From: Hydrolagus affinis
Lineage: Eukaryota
Assembly (NCBI GenBank): GCA_012026655.1
Contig: JAAILG010000270.1
Coordinates: forward strand, 62,001 to 116,337
DNA length: 54,337 nt
Reading direction: 5' to 3'
Shown here: positions 12,501-24,519 of the stretch, one piece after another
Position numbering within the stretch: position 1 is the stretch's first letter
Layout of the letters: each line of letters begins with the position of its first letter
Position numbers and translations under genes: made by a program
Notes under the pieces: model-generated
Databases searched by the model: none
What the model saw: the letters and a program-made list of their open reading frames with translations, nothing else
What the model was told of the DNA's origin: nothing

Positions 12501-12538
12501 TTGAACTTGAGGGCACTTTTGTGTTTACAATTGTCTCT

Positions 12539-12655
12539 CCACTGGGAACTGAGTTGAGACTGACCAAACTCATTTTTACTTATGACTCCTAACAGCTAAC
12601 GGAGAAACCACTTCAATCATCTTTTGGATCTGGCTCTAATCCAGGTGTCTGAAGG
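12539..12655 (-). mobile_element. LF-SINE-like core fragment
   Basis: Reverse complement reads AAATGAGTTTGGTCAGTCTCAACTCAGTTCCCAGTGG, close to the LF-SINE core GAAATGAGTTGGTGGTCTCAGTCCAGTTCCTAGTGG. Confidence 0.65.
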
Positions 12656-12691
12656 CTCTGACACATAGACGTCATAGTGCTTAATTCCTTT

Positions 12692-12808
12692 GATAATAAT
12701 AGTACTCACATCTGATACAGCATGTTATCGCATTATCACAATGTCTCACAGAGTTTCGCCGGATATACTGTAAAGTGGTGTGACTGTGTACTGAATTTTG
12801 GGGGCAAA
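12692..12808 (-). mobile_element. SINE 3' fragment, degenerate
   Basis: (AAT)n...GATATACTGTAAAGTG...TTTGGGGGCAAA aligns to other SINE copies in the window. Confidence 0.65.
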
Positions 12809-13276
12809 TACCCATAACTGATCCTAGTTAAATTCATATAAATCTGCAAACATATCACAACAATTCTTACATCCAGGTACACTGTATCGTTCCTACTACT
12901 TCTGCTTATGTAATGTGATATACAGTATAAAGAACCCGAGTTTGATGGTGTCGCTTAGTCACAAAATGCAGATCTTCAAACGTTATTGAAGTCTAACTTG
13001 CCCTATTTGTTTCACATCCATGATCTCTCACCCGTAGTTGACATGGCTTACTGTGGGGAAGCATAGAGTGGAACTCAGGCACTTCATATTGACATTGTGT
13101 GGTTGCACTCAATCGGTTGGTTTAAAGCAGCAATGACAGAGGCCTTCCTTGCACCCTCTGAGCCTAGGGTAGCAGTGAAAAGGTGAGTAAATAATCCTGG
13201 GGGTAGGGGGAAAGAGGGTTTAGACCATGGTATTCAGTATATTATGCAATTTCCAACAGTCATCATACTTAGTTCT

Positions 13277-13690
13277 TAGATTGAGATGTTAAACTGAGAT
13301 CTTGTGTGCCTGTTCTGGGAGTATTGTTGGACACTAAATTGCATAGGCACAGAGTAGGTTCAAGGCTTGCAGCAGGCACCTAGCTCCTAATTTTCAAGGC
13401 CATTGCTACGATGTCACATTGAGAAAACATTACAATTTTAGAGTTGCCCTCATGTGAATAAGGTTTTCTAGTTGCCCAAATGCACTCTGAGATGCCATCC
13501 AGAATGCAGGGCATTATATAAATGCAAGTTGTTGTTGTACTGGTGCTCAATGGAGGATAATGATCCCATGGCACTATTCTGAAGAGTCAAAGTTCTCTCG
13601 CTGTTGGTCAAATTTTCTCCCTCAAACAAATTCGTCCCGAAATGATCAGTCATTTTTCTCACCATTGTCTGAGATATTGCTGCATGGCTT
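13277..13690 (+). mobile_element. old DeuSINE Deu-domain fragments (13277-13350 and 13558-13690), interrupted
   Basis: GAGATGTTAAACTGAG...; GATCCCATGGCACTATTCTGAAGAG...TCCCTCAA...GTCATT, which are Deu-domain motifs. Confidence 0.65.
13478..13538 (+). mobile_element. L2 3' tail remnant lying between the DeuSINE fragments
   Basis: GCACTCTGAGATGCC...GGGCATTATATAAATGCAAG(TTG)n. Confidence 0.75.
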
Positions 13691-13751
13691 ACAAGGAGAA
13701 AACTTTAAAATACACCTGTCTTAAGGACACCATCAAATCCATGGCTGCGTA

Positions 13752-13952
13752 TTTGTTAGGTCTGAATATTAAGGGATACGAGGCAACAACAACAACACAA
13801 TTACATTTATAAAGCACCTTTCACGTTGGGAGGACATCCCAAGGCGCTGTAGAGGCAAGGGTGGGTAACTGAACTTATGGTACAGATCAGCCATGATCTT
13901 AGAAAATGTCGGAACAGGCTCGAAGGGCTGAACAGCCTACTTCTGTTTCTAT
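13752..13952 (+). mobile_element. CR1 LINE 3' UTR, split by an L2 tail
   Basis: AAGGGATAC...AGATCAGCCATGATCTT...CAGGCTCGAAGGGCTGAACAGCCTACTTCTG, a typical chondrichthyan CR1 terminus. Confidence 0.8.
13787..13851 (-). mobile_element. L2 3' tail (family B) nested in CR1
   Basis: (AAC)n-ATTACATTTATAAAGCACCTTTCACG...CCCAAGGCGCTG; flanked by GAGGCAA on both sides. Confidence 0.85.
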
Positions 13953-15927
13953 CAGCGTGGTAAGGGTTAATGATTTGGAAAGGGTTGACATCAGCCGGCT
14001 TTAGTGTGTACAATGCCAACATGAGTGCAGTCGAGCAGAATGCAGTTTTTTTTTACAAGGTCTATTTTTTGGCGGGAGGGGGGTGAGTGGATAGATTTTA
14101 CATTGTGAAAATCTGTATATCAACTGACACACATCTTTCCCAGTGCAAGACCCCTCTCCTCTAAGGCAGCTTTCCCAACACAGTGACATGCTTAGCTTGT
14201 TTGGTGCTGCCCTTTTGGCACAGGTTTCGTTCCCGAGAGGATGCTGCATCAACACCAGACGTGCAGTATTAAAGCAGCAGAACTCACAATGCGTATGTCA
14301 ACTGATTTTCTGGGCTGTCCGCCTAATTGTTCTAATTTTATCATTTGTAGTGGCAGAAGCAGATGAACTAAGCAGCAGTCTCAGAATGCAGGGCTGCTTC
14401 TGAAGTGGCAGTACTGGAAATAGTCAGTAGGCTAAGCAACAGGATTAGGTTCAAATCAAATCGATTTCCCCATGTACACAGAGACACCCAGTGATGATGG
14501 AAAACATTCATCTGAGCAGTGAGCTGATTGTAGTCATTTATTAGACATCAGACAAAGCGGTTCTTCCCTTTGTTATAAATTGTGTTTATGTTTAAGTTCT
14601 TAATACCATTGAAGAATAGACAGTGAGTAATTAGTCTTTTGTGGGTATTATTGAATTTTGAAGAACAAAGACTTGCAAAAGAGATGCATAGAAAGTCTGG
14701 GTGGACGTGGATTTACCTGATGTCATCAGTTGTGGCCTCGGAGATCGATTGATACTGGAGATTTGACCGAAATTTCTGGATTAATATATATTCTAAGATT
14801 TGTTGACATTTGTCAATGAATCTAATGGGTGTTTGAAATGAGTCAACAAACTAAGTGATACATAAAAAGAACACAGATGAGTGAATAATTCACTGGGAAG
14901 TTTCCATTTGATGGTTTGTGTCCCACTTCCTGATGAATTAGCATTTGGCTTTCACCAGAAATAATGACACAAATTTAAAAGAAATCAGATTCAATGCACC
15001 CAAGAACAGCAATATCCTAGAACATGATTAAAACCTTGAAAAAAAATGCAAACAGTATCCCATATAACAGTCTTGGTGAACGTTTGACACATGCTCAAAG
15101 TGTTACCCCAAAATAGTTTGAGTAGCATTTGAGAGGCAGCCAGGCCTACATCATTAATGTAACTAGTGGACAACTGCATGCAAAACATGGTCTAGCATAT
15201 GGCAACTTGTGTTACAGGTGACATAGTTTGTTTCTGCCCTGCTCATTCATGTGTGTAACTGGTGTTCACTCTTTACATTTCAAACTACTATAAACCACTG
15301 GTCCTTGACTTATATTCTCTGCATTTTTAAAAATACAATCTAGTTGACAATTCACTTTCAACAGCTTCATGTAAACAGAGCCAATACAACTGGAGACTAT
15401 CAGGGACATATTATGCTATGTTATTATAATTTTTTATTATATTAGGTTGGTGTTATATTCCAAAAATACACCCTCAAATGATCACAGAATTGCCTGAGTT
15501 CTAGAATCCAGAACAGGCAATCATCACAATTTTCATTAAGGTATTTTAATTGTTTTAATTTGCCTATTTCTGGTTGAAATGTAACATGTCGAGTATAATC
15601 GAGATGAACAGAAAAGTCAGTATTCGACAGAAAATTGTTCCTGTGTACAAACAAACAGCTTGGTTTATAGCCGCAGTGTTTATTCAGCGTTCAGGAGTCG
15701 TTTATTGCCTTGTACACTCTGGGATTCCTATGTTTATCACTTCATTATATGATTATGATGATTAACTTGCAGACTTGCATTATTAAAACTTATTTGTTAA
15801 GCTGCAGATTCTCACATTAGCAACTATTTTGTCCTTCTTTTAAAGCTTGGTGCTGCTGTCTTCTCTGTAATACTTTTTGCTATAGTTACCAAATATGCAC
15901 AAGATACCTCTTCGTCGGCACCAGTTC

Positions 15928-15988
15928 AACAACAACAACTTGGATTTATATAGCGCCCTCCACTTTGGACAGCGTCTCAGAGCACTTA
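15928..15988 (-). mobile_element. L2 3' tail (family A)
   Basis: (AAC)n-TTGGATTTATATAGCGCCCTCCAC...CAGCGTCTCAGAGCAC. Confidence 0.85.
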
Positions 15989-16023
15989 AAGTTCCACCTT
16001 TTCATAGTCAGATTATTTCTTTG

Positions 16024-16398
16024 CCTATCATCCCAGTCCTTGCCAGCTTCCTGTCTCCTGGCAGATCAAAATCAAGATCTTACCTTCACGTATAAATTCT
16101 TTCACAACCTAGCAACTCCTTACCTCTTGGATTTTCTTCTACTCACTCCTCCGCTCTCTTCCTGCCCAAAAGCAAACTCAGGTTCGCTAAGCATTCATTG
16201 CCTCTCCGGCCACTATCACTCGCCAAGCAATTAGCTGCTTTGCCCCAACCCTCTGGAATTCTTAATCTCCAAGTCACGTCTTCAAACCTCCCTCTTCGAT
16301 CAGGCCTAGGGCCACTTAATTCCGATCCGCTCTCCCTTGCTTGGCATCCAACCCCTAGGTGAAGCGAACTATACGAACGCAAGTTGTTGTTGTTGTTA
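16024..16398 (+). mobile_element. L2 3' fragment, degenerate ORF2 C-terminus plus tail
   Basis: PIIPVLA...KILTFTYK..HNLATPYL...APTLWNS remnants; ends CAAG(TTG)n. Confidence 0.8.
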
Positions 16399-17232
16399 CA
16401 CCGCATCTATTGCTATACCATTTATCCATCTTATGTTTGGTTGGGAACTGGCCAAATCTATCCAGTAACAGAAGAGTGACCTTTTCAACGGAGAGCAACT
16501 CTTTACATTACAGCCACTGGGTTTCTGCAATTAACGAGATTTTTTTAAATTAAATTTGTCTTCCAGTAAATTTTTAAAAATATGAAAACTATACCCCTGA
16601 GTAAATTTTACACAGTGAACCCAGGTCATTCACTTTTCCCAGCTGCTCAGCTCTTCACAATGTCCTGGAGGTTCTCATTATAGAGCTTTGGTTTGACCGG
16701 AATATTGAGAATGATTATTTCGGTATCATTTGCATGCACTGTTTTCTATGCAACAAGGTTCTAACATCTTGCTGCATTTTTAACTTTGCTATATCTTAGG
16801 GAGTGAGAAGAAAGCCAAATTGACTGGGGTCATTATTCCATCATCTGAAAAGGCACTCGATCCAGTTACAATCCCTGGAGGAATGGAAGGAGTGCAGGTC
16901 ACTTGATACGTACCAGGTAAATGTACAAATGAGTCATAATTAAAATGGGGTCTGATAAGCTTCATAACTTCATTGGTTAATGTTAGTCATATTTTTGTGT
17001 TATTCACATAAATCTAACACGATGAATGTTTCTTCTTTATAGCTAATTGATCCCCTGTACCACTGCACTGTGCTTCCCAAGCACAGATTTTATTTTCCAT
17101 TCTATTCTATTCCTAAACAGCCCAGAATAACAAATAAGTTTGGTGGCAAGAAAAAACAGTGATCGGATCTCAAATCTGCCAATTTAATAATACTTCTGAA
17201 AGTAATAAAGAACTTTTCCTGATTGATGTGTA

Positions 17233-17300
17233 TAATAATAACAACAACAACTTGCATTTATATAGCGCCTCTCAGGCGGGGAAGCATCCCAGAGCGCTTA
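17233..17300 (-). mobile_element. L2 3' tail remnant
   Basis: (AAC)n-TTGCATTTATATAGCGCC...CCCAGAGCGCTT. Confidence 0.8.
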
Positions 17301-17664
17301 ATACAATCCACAATAAGCATATGGTACATCATTCTGAGGTTTGTTAAGAAAAATAGACAGACCAATAACTCATAAAACTATAGGTGCAAGTGGGTTTAAG
17401 TTGTTAAAAAAAAAGTGATTTTCACCTATTGCAATAATCCTCTTATTCTATCCACATTGCTCCATTAGGTCTAAAGTAATTACACAACATAGCATAGACT
17501 GCAGACTATCAAGGGCTGTTTCAAACATGTGTAATACAGAGTATTATGAACTAGTCCCCATGAATAATTGACCTATTGTTAACTGGTGAATTTCAGCATG
17601 AAACTGACTGTTCAATGAGGTTCAACAATTTTAACAATTGGTCGAATACCAAGGCTACATCTAC

Positions 17665-17872
17665 ATGGGAGAACACAGCAATGGAAAAGGCTATTTATGT
17701 CCATCTGACCAGTCCCCAAATAAATAATCCTACACTACTCGTTCTCTGACACCATTAAACCAATCTGTTTTGCCAAACAACTATCTTATTCAGTTTTGAA
17801 TTTCACTGACATAATCTGCCTCCCTGGGTAGTCCATTCCACATTTTCACCACTCTCTGAGGAAAGTAATTAA
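17665..17872 (-). mobile_element. CR1 3' fragment
   Basis: Minus-strand translation NYFPQRVVKMWNGLPREA matches the CR1 ORF2 C-terminal F.QRVV..WN.LP motif. Confidence 0.7.
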
Positions 17873-19725
17873 ATCTGAATAGGATGGTTCTCAGTATTTT
17901 ATCTCTTTTCTCAGATAGTTCTAACTTTTAAGTGTTGCTTTGATCTGATTTTGAAATGACTGATTAAAGTCAAATAGTTTACTGAGGCCTGTGATCTGTC
18001 ACAGGTCGCTGAGCTGCAGTGATGAGAGATGAATAAGTAAGATAGGATTTACGCTATCACCTGAAATTCCAATACACCTTCATAACCCCTACATTTATAA
18101 TAATTATTTGTGAGGCGGACTTTGTACATATGAACAACTAGAATATCCATCATAAATATTGATTGCTTCTATTATAACTACACATGTTGTTGTACCACAA
18201 CCATCAAAATGTTGAAAGAGATGTTCATTATTTTCACTGGTACTGAATACTAACTGCAGGAATTGCAGGTTGCTCAGATTATGCATAATTCCCAAATCAA
18301 ATACAAGACTCCCAATTAAATGTGCAGTTTCCTGTAACATTTCACTTACTTGCATTAGAATTAGTTTATCTGAATGTAGCGCAAAATGGCCACCCAGCAC
18401 TCTTCCTTATGCCCATGTAAAGAGGCCGCAGAAGGAGTTTTCTTTTGCTGATATAATTTTATCGGCTTCTGCCATTTGCAGAGCTGTCTATTGTTTTGTC
18501 CTTCTGCGCCGCAATCAGTGGTGAGAACACTTCAAAGACGTTCGGGTTGGTGAAAGGGTTATTACATCTGAAGTCAATTTGCACTACTCTACTTTCCAAT
18601 TTGAAGCAACTAAGTTAAACAACCAACTATTCACCCCAGTGTTAAATCTTTCCAGCAATGTTTGAGATTCCCCAGATTCCCAAGCTATAGCCTGAGCAGA
18701 ATCAAGCATTTGCATAACTGCCAAGTATATACACAAAGTAGTTCAGCTTTTCAACAAAGTTAGCTCTTTGTTGTTCAGATAATTATTCTGAGATGCTAAG
18801 AACGTTCTGTCTTACATTTTCATGCCTTCCAAGCCCCTGCAGCTCATCATGGCAGCGTTAAAATCCACAAGTTACAATTACGAGTTACCAACAAACTCAT
18901 TTCACATAAGAGAATTGTCAAAATGCAATAACTCTAATAGCAAACACCCTGTTCTACTCACATAGATTCAGGCATTTTAATTGAGCCCAATTTTTAGAAT
19001 CACTGAATGAAATATGAACTTGATGGAAAACAGTGCAAAGTTATGTAAAAAGATATTAATTAGAATATCAAGGATTTTAAATCGTGATTATTGTTAACAA
19101 TATTATTCATAGGGTCACCTCTCTTCAAAGTGAGTGGATACATTTGCATGAATAAGTAGATCTAAAACAGTAGAGACTAAAAACAAAGGGGCTGCTACCA
19201 ATATTAGAAGGGAATGCAAATCCATGAATGTATGTCACCATTACTTACCGAGTGGTAGAAGCAAAAATTATTTCTTTTCATATCAAATTGGTTGTAACAC
19301 TGCTAGTGCTGCCGACACAGTTAAGAAACGGAAATGCAGTCTAAGGCACCTCATCCCATTTGATAGCAGTGACTCCTGAGTTACACTGGAGATTAGAACA
19401 CAAACCAGAGTTATTAATCTGCTTCAGTAAATTCACCTGTTTTGGAGTTAGTTTATTCATTTATTTTGCAGCAAAGCAATGTCAGATTTAGGAAGTGTGT
19501 CTTGCATTTTTGTTCTACACAAATGGTAGAATCAAGTATGCTACATTTGCTGAACACTGTTTCCTATGAGCAGAATCATGTAAGTAAGTCTGTGCTCCTG
19601 CTGCACTACCTTAGAAGAAGCAGACACTATTCTGCAATAAATTCCTCCACTGCTGAGTTAGTATAGGCTAAAGAAATGCGACACAATGTCCTATCTAATA
19701 AAGATTATCTACTTACAGACTATGC

Positions 19726-19760
19726 ATCTATATATATATACATATGTAAATATATATATA
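19726..19760. repeat. imperfect (TA)n microsatellite
   Basis: TATATATATATACATATGTAAATATATATATA. Confidence 0.7.
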
Positions 19761-20582
19761 CGATAGTAACATGATTAAACTGATTGATTATGATCAAGAT
19801 AGACATAAATATACATCTTTTTATCCAGATTAATTACTGATCAAGTATGTATTACAGCCTCGAAAAACACTTAAGGAATACATTAGTGGACACATCATTT
19901 TACCCACACCGTTATCCAAATACTCCTTGCCAGAATATATTTGAGGTATCTGTGCATTAATCCATGAAGCACTTTCCTTTAATGTTTTCCTGGATCTAGA
20001 GTAAAATTTTCCATGCATGATGTATTTGTTGCCCTATGATGGTTCTTTGGCCATCTAAAATGCAGTGCTCTTTGGAAACTTCTGAGTTAATCCAGGAAAT
20101 TCCTGGAAATAGAAGCATCTGCCAATTATATAATCACTCACGAAGGTTTTTTCTTTCCAAAATAGAGTATAAATGGACTGATATCAAACGTACAACCCTT
20201 CAAATAGTGCTCAACTTGGGGGAAAGGAAAGACTTTTCATACCAATGAGAAATGTAGAAGTGTATGACGTATATAATAATAATCCTTTAAACATGTGGAG
20301 TAGAACCATTGCCCTTTGGATATTTAAAATAACAGCAACTTTTTACAGACTTTAGCATGTTGAACAAAGAACAGGCTAGTTCAAATGCAGTTTCGTCTTG
20401 TAGCTATGTGGCACTTACATTGCATTGCACTGAGTCTAATACGTTAACATGATGTCTGCCAATTCCAATAATATTACAGCTATTATACAGCCACAGTGAT
20501 ACAGTGTGTTAATCAAAACATGTTGTCCATTGCACCTCTGAACATCTTTTGCTTCAGCTTATCTCAAAGGATGGTTCTGATC

Positions 20583-20645
20583 TAATTATAATTGTGAATA
20601 AATCACAGGTTCTTTTACATTTACAATCATAGTATACAAAAATAA
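20583..20645 (+). repeat. copy 1 of an ~65-bp local duplicate (copy 2 at 21026-21090)
   Basis: TAATTATA..TGTGAATAAATCA(C/A)AGGTTCTTTTACATTTA(C/T)AATCA..GT(A/G)TACAAAA present twice, 443 bp apart. Confidence 0.85.
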
Positions 20646-21095
20646 ACCATATCTCTGATCTCTAGTAACACTAAGTCAAACTGCTTGTGGAGCTTATCAT
20701 GCACTGATTGAAATAACAACAGCAAAATTTTCCCTGTGTATTTACTATGGGATTTTCCATCAGTAGACAACAAAAACTTTGTGGAGTTAGTGAGTAGTAA
20801 ACAACACCGCCTGCCTGTGTTAGAAATTATAGGTCGAGTTCAATGGATAAAAAAAACATACAATTCAATGTTTTCCAATTAACTCCATCTTTTTCATACT
20901 TTTAATCTACATCCAAAACAATCTGATTAGTTTAATTTTCTAAGACTGTACAGATTCCCTTCCAAAAAGGAAAAAAATGGAAAGCGTTCTACAAATGTAC
21001 TACTGAGGTAAGTGTACAATGTCATTAATTATAGATGTGAATAAATCAAAGGTTCTTTTACATTTATAATCAGTGTACAAAATATAATTATGTCA

Positions 21096-21397
21096 GAGTC
21101 CTGTAGCTCAGTGGTTAGAGCACTCTCCTGCAAGCGAGAGACCTGGATTTGATTCGAGGCAGGGCAAAACCTTAGGCAAGCTTTCTTACTCCACCTGCCT
21201 GATAATAATCCCTCAATAAAAAATAAATAACTTGGTCACTTTAATCCACAACTGTTTGAGGGACATTTTTGTGCGCAATTGGCTGTGTTTCGCTCACAAA
21301 TATAGTCAATTCCCTTTACAGTGTATTCTGTGAAGCATTTTCAGATGTCTAGAAAACATGAAAAGTGCTGTATCAAATGCAAGGATTATTATTATTA
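21096..21397 (+). mobile_element. full-length tRNA-derived SINE (partial Deu-domain, L2-type tail)
   Basis: A box TAGCTCAGTGG, degenerate B box, GGGACATTTTTGTGCGCAATTGGCTG core, tail ...TATCAAATGCAAGG(ATT)n. Confidence 0.92.
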
Positions 21398-21999
21398 ACG
21401 TAAGGGACCATGTTCTTGACCATTTTCTACATTGTGCCTCACTGAAAGTGTAAACTGAGAGCTTTTCAAACAACATTTTAGTTAATACTAGAAGGCAAGC
21501 GTGGTAGACATGGAACAACCCAAATTTTCAGCATAAGAGAAATGAGGTTAGAAATGGTTTTGTAATCACTTTGATCCTTAAATCCCAAATCATTGTCTTC
21601 ACTTGATGTGAAGTGACGTGGAGAGAAATGCTTTTATTTTCTTTGGCACACTATGTTCTTGACATCCTGCATACTTTTTTGTCTCCTGTGAAGAAATAAG
21701 TTCTGTTGACCCAGGAAACCTCCTTATCTGAACCATAAAAACTCTGAAGATGAAAACAAAATCGATTAGCTTGCACCTGGTGAAAGTTACACTGAAGTAC
21801 CTGTGATTGATCCAGACCCACTTCTCCATTTTCCATTGTGTGCCGATTGCTCATCTTAGACTTGCACATGATCAACTTGATTGCAATCCTTGTTTTCATG
21901 CCATTCGCATGTTTTCAATGCTTATTTTTGTTGTCTCAATTTCAAGGCAATAATTCCATAGCGAGAATAAGTGATCAAGATTGGATACAGTATTCTAGA

Positions 22000-22160
22000 T
22001 ACAATACAAAATTACATTTGGAAAGCGACTTTCACATCGGGAGGACGTTCCAAGATGTTGAACAGTCAGGGATTGGGGTTAGGGGTGGGGTGGGGGGGGT
22101 GCGGTGGAGTGGGAGGATTGGGATCAGGGAGGGTGGAAGGCGGAGAGCGTGGGGTTAGGA
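22000..22160 (-). mobile_element. L2 3' end (family B) with G-rich UTR
   Basis: AAAATTACATTTGGAAAGCGACTTTCACATCGGGAGGACG...AACAGTCAGG plus G tracts; matches 37127 and 54115. Confidence 0.75.
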
Positions 22161-23338
22161 GATTGGTCAAAGATAAAATAGGATCTGATCAACATCATAA
22201 TTAATAACAGAAAAATGTTTGTATTCTAACCTCTGCTAATATAATCCTGTACTTTATTTACCTTTATTATTGCTGCAAAAAGCTATGTTGAGGAATTTAG
22301 TCATTTAATCCATAATAATTCTCTTTCCAGATGAGAACACTATATGTTTGTTGTTTCTTTCGTTCTTAACTCAAACAATAATTATTCTTGCATATCAGCC
22401 CAGCTACAAAATGATCCAAATCTTCCTTTATCTGACAGCATTCTTCCTCAAGCAGTAAGGAAAGATGCATTTTACTTTTCTGTTCATTTAAGAAAAGTGG
22501 GAGGTGGTGAGAAAAACACATTGATGGAAGGCATATTGTATTAAAAATTTTGATTGAATTGTATAATTTGGGTCATGTTTAGAAGCTTAAAAAAAATTAG
22601 AAAATGGAAATTGAATTTAGGTTATGGAATAAGGGTAGCTAATACAATATCTGAAGTAACCTAGGTCCATTAAACATAAGACACAACATAGTTAATGTTA
22701 ATTGAAAACCCGGATGTCTTCCTGTTATTCTGTAGTGCAAACATGTACAGGCTACTTTATCTCATACCAAGGTAATCCATTCTTTGAGTGTAGGTTGGAA
22801 GGTGAGGGAGTCATCTCCCCAGTGTTTCGTAATGGTATGTTTCCCTACCATAATTACTGTCAAAGCCAGCTCGAATTTTTGGGGAGGTTAGTGAAGTATC
22901 TGAGTTGAGTCACCTGAAATAATTAGCAGCATGTCTTCAGGGATCTGTAGGTTGACAATATCAGATATAGCCTTAAGACAACCATTCGAGAAAGTATTAA
23001 TCAAGAGACAGGACCATAAAATATGTAACAGCTCCCTTAAACCTTTCTACAGTATTGGTATAAATCCATATTTGTTAAATTTTCTTGTATACTATATATT
23101 TTAATATACACAACACTCAGTTTGAGATCCGGATTACTTTACACTGTATAACTTTTTGTGAAAACATTTCTGATACATTTGACATGGATACAATCGATCG
23201 TCCAAGTACAATGTACTGTACTAATATTGTCGTTGTGGTATCCTCCCACCCTATTGATTTAGAAATCGTCAAGCCAAAACATTTTATGTGGGTAGAGAGG
23301 CCAAATTGATTGAAGCTTTTTTTATGGTTTCAATCTCA

Positions 23339-23615
23339 GAGTGAATTTCTCTGCTCATCAAGGTGAAGGATGTCAATGCTGTGTAGTGTCAAGCATAGGT
23401 CAGGAATAGCACAACCAGCTGCAGAATAAAGCTTTGTTTGCTACGCCCCAACCTCTGAGGAGCGCCCCTTACTGCACCAGTGGGAATTTCCACACTTCTC
23501 AACCTCAGCAATTCTTATCGCCTTTCTGAAGAAGATTGCCAATTTAGTGACATAGAACAGACAGAGCAAACTTTCATCCCATTGGCCTGGGCTGGATTCA
23601 AAATCAGCTCCAGAA
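23339..23615 (-). mobile_element. LF-SINE-like element, internally deleted
   Basis: Reverse complement: TTGAATCCAGCCCAGGCCAATGGGATGAAAG...CACTAAATTGGCAATC...AGCTTTATTCTGCA...GTGCTATTCCTGACC...TTGATGAGCAGAGAAATTCAC; shares CC...GATGAAAG head motif with 9404. Confidence 0.7.
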
Positions 23616-24469
23616 ATCAAAATATTATTTCTGTCTTAAACCAGTTTAACATTTATTTCTTCTCAGGGCGATTATACATTTTTGGAGGTGTTGGGTGGGG
23701 GTGGGGGAAGAATGTTGATCAACTTTAAATTTGGAGTACTTCAATCTCAAAATTTTTACCAGTAATTCTCAAATACTGTATTGGAAATACTGTATCTGAC
23801 CTGTTCAGACTTTAAAATGGTCTGTTTTCAATCCATCAACTCAGGCTGTACGGCCAACAAGAATTCTAAAAATGTATTATTTGGGATTTTTCTAACCACC
23901 CAGTTTATAATATGGTTATCTTTCCTTTCAGGGTAGAATTTTTTTAAATGGTGCCAAATGAAAGCTGTGGAATAGGGTCCAATTAGAGAATTAATTGTTT
24001 TTGCAACTGAAGTAAATTGAAGAGAAACATATTGAGGTAGAACTGCAGAGTAACAACCCCTCCCCTAATGTTTAAAAAAAATCCTGAGCATAAAGGAAGC
24101 AGGAATTAACACAGTGATTATTTTATAATTATAGTAAGTGTGACGGCTATATCATATAATTCTCAAATCGTTTCAATGTGGAAATAATTGAAAAATGAAA
24201 AAGTGCAGTTTACACCACATCTCTTCTGGCATCAAACCATTTCTTACACTTCTTTCCACTTGGTCCAAATTATTTATCCCCCCGTCCGTTGCAAGCAGTC
24301 AGAGAAAATATCTTAAACACAAAAAGCCATCCTTGTGCATGTGCTGCAGGAACTCTAATGATGAGACAGGACTCTGTGCAAGAGTAGGACTCAAGCGGTG
24401 CTGGATTGGGTAATTGTTAGAATATAGAGAGATTAAAATGGGCAGCCTGCATACTACATGCAGTCTCTC

Positions 24470-24519
24470 TATGCACCCCTGGGGAGACATGGCCCCGGGT
24501 TGAAAACCATTGCTTTAGG
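24470..24519. mobile_element. possible solitary hAT-Charlie terminus
   Basis: GGTTGAAAACCATTG followed by CTTTAG resembles the Charlie TIR TTGAGAACCACTG plus NTCTAGAN target; partner end not found. Confidence 0.3.

Noticed and set aside
18104-18524. Possible Gypsy integrase remnant (LIAAQKD, LGGHF)
   Set aside because: Motifs lie in different frames; no HHCC or DDE pattern and no LTRs
19060-20400. Very old CR1-like remnants
   Set aside because: Only faint motif resemblance; cannot be aligned by eye
21096-21170. tRNA gene (also 33848, 41641, 51829)
   Set aside because: SINE heads: they run into the SINE body, and the arms and anticodons vary between copies
22075-22160. G-quadruplex-like tract (also 37215-37280)
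   Set aside because: Explained by the L2 3' UTR purine tract
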